From Pseudomonadota bacterium (GTDB lineage: Bacteria; Bdellovibrionota_G; JALEGL01; DATDPG01): 12,425 bases of DNA. Made by a program: the position numbers and the translations under genes. The notes under the pieces were generated by a model. That model searched no databases. It was given only the letters and a program-made list of their open reading frames with translations, and was not told the origin of the DNA. This document shows positions 1 through 12,165 of the stretch, in pieces; position 1 is the stretch's first letter, and every line of letters begins with the position of its first letter. The DNA lies in NCBI GenBank assembly GCA_043804515.1, contig JAZDIZ010000099.1:1-12425 (forward strand). Reading direction: 5' to 3'.

Positions 1-2465
<2,465 letters not shown>

Positions 2466-2502
2466 ATCGAATGAAAGAAACATCCAAAGATCCAATATGC
2501 AA

Positions 2503-2515
2503 TTGTCAAAGAACA
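2503..2515 (-). promoter_or_regulatory. Spacer boxA antitermination element before 23S
   Basis: Minus strand TGTTCTTTGACAA, 37 nt before the 23S 5' end. It is preceded by a boxB-like hairpin at 2519-2539 (CGGAAAGGC-CCT-GCCCTTCCG). Confidence 0.8.
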
Positions 2516-2583
2516 GGTCGGAAGGGCAGGGCCTTTCCGGCAAACTTTTTGTCCGCCTTCGCCAGGCTTCACTCGGCGAAGGC

Positions 2584-2659
2584 TGGTGGAGGTGAACGGG
2601 TTCGAACCGATGACCTCCGCGTTGCAAACGCGGCGCTCTCCCAGCTGAGCTACACCCCC
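2584..2659 (-). tRNA. tRNA-Ala (anticodon TGC), CCA encoded
   Basis: GGGGGTGTAGCTCAGCTGGGAGAGCGCCGCGTTTGCAACGCGGAGGTCATCGGTTCGAACCCGTTCACCTCCACCA: 76-nt cloverleaf with the G3:U70 alanine identity pair and anticodon arm CCGCG-TT-TGC-AA-CGCGG. Confidence 0.99.
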
Positions 2660-2702
2660 GAGATAACTATTAAAGATTAACCCTTAACCCTTATCAAATA
2701 CA

Positions 2703-2778
<76 letters not shown>

Positions 2779-2866
2779 ATTCCGTCGACTGCCATATTTT
2801 TTCGCCTACGAAAAAAATCTGACAGTCTCTTGCGGCCTATGGCTGTCGATCCACATCACCCCAAAA

Positions 2867-2879
2867 TGTTCAAAGAACA
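2867..2879 (-). promoter_or_regulatory. Additional boxA-like element between 16S and tRNA-Ile
   Basis: Minus strand TGTTCTTTGAACA; its first 10 nt are identical to the pre-23S boxA. Confidence 0.55.
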
Positions 2880-2885
2880 GAGAGA

Positions 2886-2916
2886 TTCGATCCCTCAAGA
2901 CTAAATAGCGAACACC
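2886..2916 (-). other. 3' arm of the pre-16S (RNase III) processing stem
   Basis: Minus strand GGUGUUCGCUAUUUAGUCUUGAGGGAUCGAA pairs with leader 4623-4653 over 31 positions: a 13-bp perfect core, a 7-bp perfect end, three G:U pairs and two mismatches. Confidence 0.85.
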
Positions 2917-2985
2917 TCCACTTCGCGGTTGACCTCGTTAGCTTGCATTGGGACACCCTTAAGGGTGTCCCTTTACACCTAACTG

Positions 2986-4543
<1,558 letters not shown>

Positions 4544-4622
4544 ATATCTGGCATCACCCTCGAAAGAGCCGAAGCCCTCTCGAGGTGGTATTGAATTGCT
4601 CAAAGTCCCACGAAGCTTCATT

Positions 4623-4653
4623 GGCGTTCGCTATTTAGTTTTCAAAGATCGAA
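4623..4653 (-). promoter_or_regulatory. rRNA leader boxA (GATCTTTGAAAA, 4650-4639) within the 5' arm of the pre-16S processing stem
   Basis: Minus strand TTCGATCTTTGAAAACTAAATAGCGAACGCC, complementary to 2886-2916. A C(UUCG)G-capped leader hairpin follows at 4553-4589. Confidence 0.8.
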
Positions 4654-4665
4654 GAGCGAACGGCG

Positions 4666-4694
4666 CTTCTAGGCTTCTGATCTTAATTAGTCAA
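4666..4694 (-). promoter_or_regulatory. Putative downstream (P2-like) rRNA promoter
   Basis: Minus strand TTGACT (4694-4689), 17 bp spacer, TAGAAG (4671-4666), then GC-rich discriminator CGCCG. Confidence 0.6.
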
Positions 4695-4731
4695 TCAAAA
4701 AGAACCGGTTACGCCGAAATTCGAACGCAAT

Positions 4732-4761
4732 AATATACGTAATCCGCAGGTCCGCTGTCAA
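4732..4761 (-). promoter_or_regulatory. Putative upstream (P1-like) sigma70 rRNA promoter
   Basis: Minus strand perfect -35 TTGACA (4761-4756), 18 bp spacer, TATATT (4737-4732). Confidence 0.75.
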
Positions 4762-4836
4762 TGCGCGCGTGGGGTCGATCTACCGCGACTTGGCGAGGCC
4801 CAATGTCTCGCAACGACTGGGGATCTTCGCACGCTG

Positions 4837-4862
4837 AGACCGTCGGGGGTCGGCGGTCTTTT
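4837..4862 (+). terminator. Terminator-like hairpin with a short U tract, + strand
   Basis: AGACCGTCG-GGGGT-CGGCGGTCT then TTT. The 9-bp stem has a U:G pair that forms only in a + strand transcript, and ends in UUUU. Confidence 0.35.
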
Positions 4863-5061
4863 CGTGAAAGCCTCTGCGCGATTTGAGCAAGAAAGATCGT
4901 CGCAAAAGACGGCAAATTCCTTGTTGGGACCCTCGCCGGGGCAGGTGGGAACGGAAAGCCGACGTTTTGAACGTCGTTTTGGTCACTCGTGAACGACAGT
5001 AAGTACCCAGAATGATTATACATTGCGCCAATTTGACGCGTTGTATTATTTAGCACTTGCC

Positions 5062-7170
5062 GTGTTCATCAAGCTCTGCTACGTGCCCGTTCAAGTCGTG
5101 ATAAACGGGGTCGTTCTTCTCATTCTCATGATTGTGGCCGGGGCCGCCTCCGCGGGAGAGGCGTCGGACCCGGGTCTTCGTTTCGATCTAACCGCTCCTC
5201 AAATCCGGACGGAATGTCGCGATCGGCTTCAAGACACGACTCACAGGCTTGACGTTCTGGCCTCAACCACGAGTGGCCCTACCTTCCGTGCGACAATTGC
5301 CGAATTTGAAGGAATCCGTGCCGAATCGGATCAGGCGTTGGCCGCGCACGTTTACCTCAAAGACATTGCTACGGACGCCTCCGTGAGGGATTCCTCGAAG
5401 GAGTGCTACAAGGAGGTGCAGGATTTCTGGACCGACGTCTATGCCCGGTCGGATCTCTACTCAAGGTTGAAGACCTACGCGAGCAGCATGAACCCGTTTT
5501 TCGAACGCGGAGCGAGAAGGCGGCTTCTCCGCCGGACACTCCACGAATTCGAAATGAGGGGACAGGGGTTGTCTTTCGGGAGCAGGGAGAGTTTCGTCCA
5601 GCTCGAAAAGCGTTTGACCGAATTGAAATTGCAGTACCTCAACAACCTAAATGACGCCTCGGCCGGCCATGTGGAATTCTCTAAGGATGAACTTCGGGGA
5701 TTGCCGGAGAAACGTATGGCGTCACTTTCGCTGTCTCCAGAGGGCAAAGTCCAAGTCCCGCTCTTGGATTCGATGGCCGGCGTCGTCCTGCAGACGGTGG
5801 AAAAGGAGGACGTTCGACGGCGCTACTACGTGGCTCGCAGCAGTCGCGCAGCCGAGACCAACCTGCCCCTCGTAGGGGAAATCCTTCGGGATCGCGCTTT
5901 GGAAGCCTCATTCCTCGGATATCCGAATTACGCCGCCCTGGTTGAAAAAGACCGGATGGCCCGGCACCCGTCCGAGGTGAAAACTTTCCTGAAACAATTG
6001 AGGCAGCGGATTGAACCCAAATTGAAGGAAGAATTGGACACGTTGTTCGCTCTGAAACGGGAGCTGAATCCTGATTTGGTTTCTGAAGGGGAAGGAATTC
6101 ACGCCTGGGACTGGACGTATTTGAACAACATTCAAAAGAAGAGAATGTTCCAATTCGATCCCCAAACCATTGAAGAATACTTCCCGGCGGATCAGACGAT
6201 CTCGCGAATCTTCGGCATCTTCCAACGCCTGTTCGGAGTTCAATTGGAGGAAATCCGGGGCGCACCCGTCTGGCATCCGTTCGTTCGCTTGTTTTCAGTA
6301 AAAGACGGCAAAAGCGGCGAGGTCTTAGGCTTTTTCTACACGGATCTTTATCGAAGGGACGGGAAGATCACAAAAACCGCGACGTCCCATGGCTTCGTTC
6401 CCGGCAGGAGACTCCCGGACGGCACGTTTCAGAGGCCGTCCGCGGTTCTTTTGGCCAACTTTCCGGGAGCATCGCAAGATCGTCCGGCGTTGCTCTCTCT
6501 GGAAGGCGGGGTCGGCACGTTGCTTCACGAGTTCGGCCACGTGATGCATTTCGTGTTGGCTCGGAGTGAGTATGGCGGCCTTTCCTCGTATGACGTGCCC
6601 TGGGATTTTGTCGAAATTCCGTCTTCGACCCTGGCCAATTGGATTTGGGATCCGAAAGTGCTCAAAGAACTTTCGGGCCATTATCAAAATTCGGACCGCA
6701 AGCTTCCGGACGATCTGATCCGGCGGATGGTGGCATCGAGAACCGTGGACATAGGTGCGCAGAAAGCATGGCAGCTGGTTTACGCGACGGTCGACCAGAT
6801 TTATCACACCGCGCAATACCCCATGGACACGACAGAGATTTGGCGGGAAACGCAGCACGACATTCTCAAGTTGGACTTGCCGGAAGGCACGCATCCCGAA
6901 GCCAGTTTTCAACACATCTTCTCGGGGAGTTATGACGCCGGGTATTACGGATACCTTTGGTCCGAGGTGATTGCCGCCGACCTATTTACGAAATTCAAGA
7001 AAAACGGAGTGCTGAACCCGGCGACCGGAATGGCGTTTCGGACGCGTGTTTTGGAGCCCGGTGCGAGCCGAAGTGTCAGCGGGATGATCAGGTCTTTCCT
7101 GGGGAGGCAGTGGAACTCCAAAGCCTTTCTGTCGATGTTCGACTCGAACAACCAAGCCGCAAAGGACTAG
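5062..7170 (+). CDS. M3A family zinc metallopeptidase (thimet oligopeptidase/neurolysin-like), probable Sec signal peptide
   Basis: Long ORF with HEFGH zinc motif (6526-6540), third-ligand block WDFVEIPS, and M3A blocks LGYPNYA, GFFYTDLY and FQHIFSGSYDAGYYGYLWSEVIAAD. The N-terminus has a hydrophobic run ending AASA/GE. The start is uncertain: in-frame TTG 5023, GTG 5062, 5083, 5098 or ATG 5128, with no clear SD. Confidence 0.93.
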   Translation: MFIKLCYVPVQVVINGVVLLILMIVAGAASAGEASDPGLRFDLTAPQIRTECRDRLQDTTHRLDVLASTTSGPTFRATIAEFEGIRAESDQALAAHVYLKDIATDASVRDSSKECYKEVQDFWTDVYARSDLYSRLKTYASSMNPFFERGARRRLLRRTLHEFEMRGQGLSFGSRESFVQLEKRLTELKLQYLNNLNDASAGHVEFSKDELRGLPEKRMASLSLSPEGKVQVPLLDSMAGVVLQTVEKEDVRRRYYVARSSRAAETNLPLVGEILRDRALEASFLGYPNYAALVEKDRMARHPSEVKTFLKQLRQRIEPKLKEELDTLFALKRELNPDLVSEGEGIHAWDWTYLNNIQKKRMFQFDPQTIEEYFPADQTISRIFGIFQRLFGVQLEEIRGAPVWHPFVRLFSVKDGKSGEVLGFFYTDLYRRDGKITKTATSHGFVPGRRLPDGTFQRPSAVLLANFPGASQDRPALLSLEGGVGTLLHEFGHVMHFVLARSEYGGLSSYDVPWDFVEIPSSTLANWIWDPKVLKELSGHYQNSDRKLPDDLIRRMVASRTVDIGAQKAWQLVYATVDQIYHTAQYPMDTTEIWRETQHDILKLDLPEGTHPEASFQHIFSGSYDAGYYGYLWSEVIAADLFTKFKKNGVLNPATGMAFRTRVLEPGASRSVSGMIRSFLGRQWNSKAFLSMFDSNNQAAKD

Positions 7171-7173
7171 CAA

Positions 7174-7225
7174 TCGCAGGCTTCGGGCTCGGGCCGTTCC
7201 GGGTTTGCGAGCCGGTGCCGCCGGC
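7174..7225 (+). other. GC-rich hairpins between the convergent peptidase and tyrS stop codons (possible termination or 3'-end stabilising structure)
   Basis: TCGCAGGCTTCGG...CCGGGTTTGCGA (7174-7210; G:U pairs favour the + strand) and GCCGG-TGCCG-CCGGC (7211-7225). No U tract. Confidence 0.3.
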
Positions 7226-7252
7226 CTGGCCGCCGTCCGGCAACACACGGGT

Positions 7253-8620
<1,368 letters not shown>

Positions 8621-9712
8621 ATGAATAAAGGGATTCTGAGCGGAGCGATTTTAATTGCGGCGATGGGCACGTGGCTGCTCACCGGCTGCCAAAACGCGAA
8701 AGAAGAGAATGCACCGGCGGCGCAGACAGCCGCTCCGGTCACGAACTGCAAGGAAGCACCGGACACGGCTCCTCTCGCCATGATCGACGGCAAGGAGATC
8801 GGCGAGAAGGACCTGGACGGTCGTGCAAAGGGCATCCTGACCAAGGCTCGTGCGGAGATGTACGACGCCCGGAAACAGGCCCTGGACGAGTTTGTCTTCA
8901 ATCATCTCGTGGGGTTGGAGGCCGCAAAGGCCAAGATCACAAAAGAAGAGCTGACCAAGAAGGAATTGGACGGGAAGATCAAGAAAGTCACGGACAAGGA
9001 GATCAAAGCCTTCTACGACGATTTTGCGAAACGCGGTGGCGGGCAGCTTCCTCCTCTGGCCCAGGTTTCCGACAAAATCAAAATGAAGCTGGAACAGGAT
9101 CGGATCCGGGAGCGCCGCACACAATACTTCGACGATCTCAAGAAGGCGCACAAGGTGGCTTACCTGATCACGCGTCCCCGTCTCGAAGTAGGGCTTGGAG
9201 AAAACCCGGTCAAGGGAAACGCCAAAGCGTCGATCACGATCGTGGAGTTTTCGGATTTCCAATGCCCGTTCTGCAAACGCGCCGAAGTCACGGTCGACCA
9301 GGTCATGAAGGAATACAAAGGCAAGGTGAAGCTCTATTTCCGGGATTTCCCCTTGGGCTTCCATCCGAATGCGAAGCCGGCGGCCATCGCCGCCCGGTGT
9401 GCCGGAGAACAAGGGAAGTTCTGGGAGTTCCATGGGAAGCTGTTCGACAAGCAAGAGCTGGGGGACGAGAAGTATAAGAAGTACGCGGGCGAGCTGAGCC
9501 TCAACATGGACAAATTCAACGCATGCCTCACGAGCCCGAAGATCGCGGCTTCCGTGGATAAGGATATGGAAGCGGGGAGCGATCTGGGCGTGAGCGGGAC
9601 TCCCGCGTTCTTCATCGACGGGATCATGTTGAGCGGAGCGGTGCCTTACTCCGAGTTCAAGGAGATCCTCGACGACGAGATCAGACTCGCGCGCGCGCCG
9701 CACAAAGGGTAG
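8621..9712 (+). CDS. Lipoprotein with a SurA/PrsA N-terminal-like helical region and a C-terminal DsbA-like thioredoxin domain (363 aa)
   Basis: ATG 8621 follows SD AGAGGA. Signal MNKGILSGAILIAAMGTW-LLTG-C has a lipobox. The middle region reads LAMIDGKEI..DLD, LVGLEAAK, VTDKEIKAFYD. The thioredoxin domain has ITIVEFSDFQCPFC (CXXC at 9263-9274), FRDFPL, AARCAGEQGKFW, FNACL and GVSGTPAFFIDG (cis-Pro loop). Confidence 0.92.
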   Translation: MNKGILSGAILIAAMGTWLLTGCQNAKEENAPAAQTAAPVTNCKEAPDTAPLAMIDGKEIGEKDLDGRAKGILTKARAEMYDARKQALDEFVFNHLVGLEAAKAKITKEELTKKELDGKIKKVTDKEIKAFYDDFAKRGGGQLPPLAQVSDKIKMKLEQDRIRERRTQYFDDLKKAHKVAYLITRPRLEVGLGENPVKGNAKASITIVEFSDFQCPFCKRAEVTVDQVMKEYKGKVKLYFRDFPLGFHPNAKPAAIAARCAGEQGKFWEFHGKLFDKQELGDEKYKKYAGELSLNMDKFNACLTSPKIAASVDKDMEAGSDLGVSGTPAFFIDGIMLSGAVPYSEFKEILDDEIRLARAPHKG

Positions 9713-9723
9713 GTGAGACACTC

Positions 9724-12159
9724 ATGGGCGAGAAGAACATCGATCAAGTCGAGGTCCCGAGCACTCTGCCTCTCCTTCCGGTGAAGGATGTCGTCCTTTT
9801 TCCGTCGGTCATCCTGCCGCTTTTTGTAGGGAGGGAGAGCTCCATCCAGGCGGTGGATATGGCTCTGGCGAAGGACCGGCTCCTGTTTCTGGCGGCGCAG
9901 AGGGACTTGAACGCGGAGGTGGTGACCCCCGAGGGGATCCACAAAGTGGGATGCGTCGGCATGATCATGCGGATGCACAAGCTCCCGGTTCCGGACGGCC
10001 GTATCAAGATCCTCGTCCAGGGAATCCGCAGGGCCAGGGTCCGCGAATACGTTCAAGAGAGCCCGAGTTACATGGTGTCGGTGGAAGAGATCCGCGAGCC
10101 GGTCATATCGGCCGCGGAGCGGGTCGAGCTGGAAGCCATGATGCGGACGATCAAAGAAGTGCTCGAGAAGATCGTTTCGCACGGCAAGATTCTTTCCCCC
10201 GAGATCCTGATCGTCCTGGACGATGTGAGCGACCCGGGCCGCTTGGCGGACCTCGTGGCCTCATACCTGGGGCTGAAGGTGGACGAGGCGCAGCCGATCC
10301 TGGAGATGGCGAACCCGCGCGAACGTTTGAAGGCGGTGCTCTCTCACCTCCACAAGGAACTCGACATTCTCTCAGTCCAACAGAAGATCCAGAGCGCGGC
10401 CAAGGGCGAGATGACCCGGATGCAGCGCGAGTATTACCTGCGCGAACAGCTCCGGGCCATCAAGAACGAGCTGGGCGACACGGATTCCAAGAACGACGAA
10501 GTCAATGAGCTGCGGGACAAGATCCAAAAAGCCAAGATGCCTCCCGAGGTCGAAGAGGAGGCCATCAAACAGCTCAAGCGGCTGGAGGGGATGCATCAGG
10601 ACGCGGCGGAAGCCTCGATCGTGCGCACCTACTTGGATTGGCTGATCGATCTTCCATGGGTGAAGGCTTCAAAGGACAACATCGAGATCGAGAAAGCCCA
10701 CGTGATCCTGGACGAGGACCACTTCGACTTGGAAAAGGTGAAGGACCGGATCCTCGAATACCTCGGCGTCACGAAGCTTAGGAAAAAACTCAAAGGGCCG
10801 ATCCTCTACTTTATCGGCCCTCCGGGCGTGGGGAAAACCTCGCTGGGGAAATCGATCGCCCGGTCCATGGGGCGCCAGTTCGTGCGCTTCTCCTTGGGCG
10901 GCATGAGGGACGAGGCGGAGCTTCGTGGACACCGCAGGACCTACGTGGGGGCCATGCCAGGCCGGATCATTCAGGGCATCAAACAGGCCGGCACGAGGAA
11001 CCCCGTGTACATGCTGGATGAAGTGGACAAGCTGGGGAACGACTTCCGCGGGGATCCCTCTTCGGCGTTGCTCGAGGTTCTGGATCCGGAGCAAAATTTC
11101 GCCTTCCGGGACCATTACATCAACCTCCCGTTCGATCTCTCGAACACCATGTTCATCGCAACGGCGAATCTGGTGGACCCGATTCCGCCGGCGCTCCGGG
11201 ACCGCATGGAGATCATCTATCTCCCGGGTTACATCGCGGAGGAGAAGGTCGAGATCGCGCACCGATACCTGATGCCCAAGCAAATGGAGGAAAACGGGAT
11301 CTCGGACAAATACGTGGATCTCGCGGACGACGCGCTTGCCGCGATCATCGAACAGTACACACGTGAAGCGGGCCTGAGAAACCTGGAGAGAGAAATCGCC
11401 TCCATCTTCAGGAAGGTGGCCAAGAGAGTGGCCGAAGGCCACAAGCAAAAGATCAAAGTGACCGCACAAAACCTTCATGAGTTCCTGGGGCCTCCCAAAT
11501 TTTTTGCGGAGGGCGAGCAGGAGAAGAACCAGGTCGGTGTGGCCACGGGCCTGGCTTGGACCGCCTCGGGCGGCGAGATCCTGTTTGTGGAAGCCACGGT
11601 CATGAAAGGAAAGGGAACGCTCACGCTGACCGGGCACTTGGGAGACGTCATGAAAGAGTCGGCCCGCGCGGCGCTTTCGTATGCCCGCTCCAACTCGAAA
11701 AAATTGGGGATCAAGGACAGTCTTTTCCAGAACTGGGATATCCATATCCATGTTCCGGCCGGAGCCATCCCCAAGGACGGACCTTCGGCGGGCGTGACGA
11801 TGGCCACGGCCCTGGTCTCGGCGTTGACGGGAAGGGCCATCAAACGAAACATCGCCATGACGGGCGAGATCACGCTCCGGGGGCGGGTGCTCCCGGTCGG
11901 TGGAATCAAGGAGAAGGTGCTGGCGGCGCGCCGCGCGAAGCTCAACACGATCCTGATCCCGGAACTGAACATGAAGGATCTTGTGGAGATTCCGAAGCAG
12001 TATTTGGAAAACCTGAAGATCGTGCCCATGATCGAAGTAACGGATGTTCTGGAGCATGCGCTCGAGGGGCGCAATACGCGTCGTGACCGGCCGTCTACGC
12101 CTTCGAAAGAAAAGCGGAGACGATCGGGCGGTGTGCGCGAGCGCCAGGCGACGATGTAG
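9724..12159 (+). CDS. lon: ATP-dependent Lon protease (endopeptidase La, LonA type)
   Basis: N-domain LPLLPVKDVVLFP, Walker A GPPGVGKTS, RGHRRTYVGAMPG, Walker B MLDEVDK, catalytic Ser in PKDGPSAG and Lys in GGIKEK. SD-like AGGTGA (9711-9716) overlaps the upstream stop codon. Confidence 0.99.
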   Translation: MGEKNIDQVEVPSTLPLLPVKDVVLFPSVILPLFVGRESSIQAVDMALAKDRLLFLAAQRDLNAEVVTPEGIHKVGCVGMIMRMHKLPVPDGRIKILVQGIRRARVREYVQESPSYMVSVEEIREPVISAAERVELEAMMRTIKEVLEKIVSHGKILSPEILIVLDDVSDPGRLADLVASYLGLKVDEAQPILEMANPRERLKAVLSHLHKELDILSVQQKIQSAAKGEMTRMQREYYLREQLRAIKNELGDTDSKNDEVNELRDKIQKAKMPPEVEEEAIKQLKRLEGMHQDAAEASIVRTYLDWLIDLPWVKASKDNIEIEKAHVILDEDHFDLEKVKDRILEYLGVTKLRKKLKGPILYFIGPPGVGKTSLGKSIARSMGRQFVRFSLGGMRDEAELRGHRRTYVGAMPGRIIQGIKQAGTRNPVYMLDEVDKLGNDFRGDPSSALLEVLDPEQNFAFRDHYINLPFDLSNTMFIATANLVDPIPPALRDRMEIIYLPGYIAEEKVEIAHRYLMPKQMEENGISDKYVDLADDALAAIIEQYTREAGLRNLEREIASIFRKVAKRVAEGHKQKIKVTAQNLHEFLGPPKFFAEGEQEKNQVGVATGLAWTASGGEILFVEATVMKGKGTLTLTGHLGDVMKESARAALSYARSNSKKLGIKDSLFQNWDIHIHVPAGAIPKDGPSAGVTMATALVSALTGRAIKRNIAMTGEITLRGRVLPVGGIKEKVLAARRAKLNTILIPELNMKDLVEIPKQYLENLKIVPMIEVTDVLEHALEGRNTRRDRPSTPSKEKRRRSGGVRERQATM

Positions 12160-12165
12160 AGGGCA

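Noticed and set aside
2677..2693. Tandem heptamer TTAACCC-TTAACCC-TTA (telomere-like) between the tRNAs
   Set aside because: Only about 2.4 copies, and it is explained as part of a spacer hairpin (GAUAA..UUAAGGG-UUAA-UCUUUAA..UUAUC).
4898..4960. Resemblance to a c-di-GMP-I riboswitch (GGCAAA...GGGAC)
   Set aside because: It lacks the GNRA-capped P2 stem, the CGCAAAG junction and the tetraloop receptor; an Rfam scan would settle it.
4709..5056. Minus-strand ORFs of 115 aa and 83 aa upstream of the rRNA operon
   Set aside because: No recognisable motif or SD; the longer one runs through the P1 promoter.
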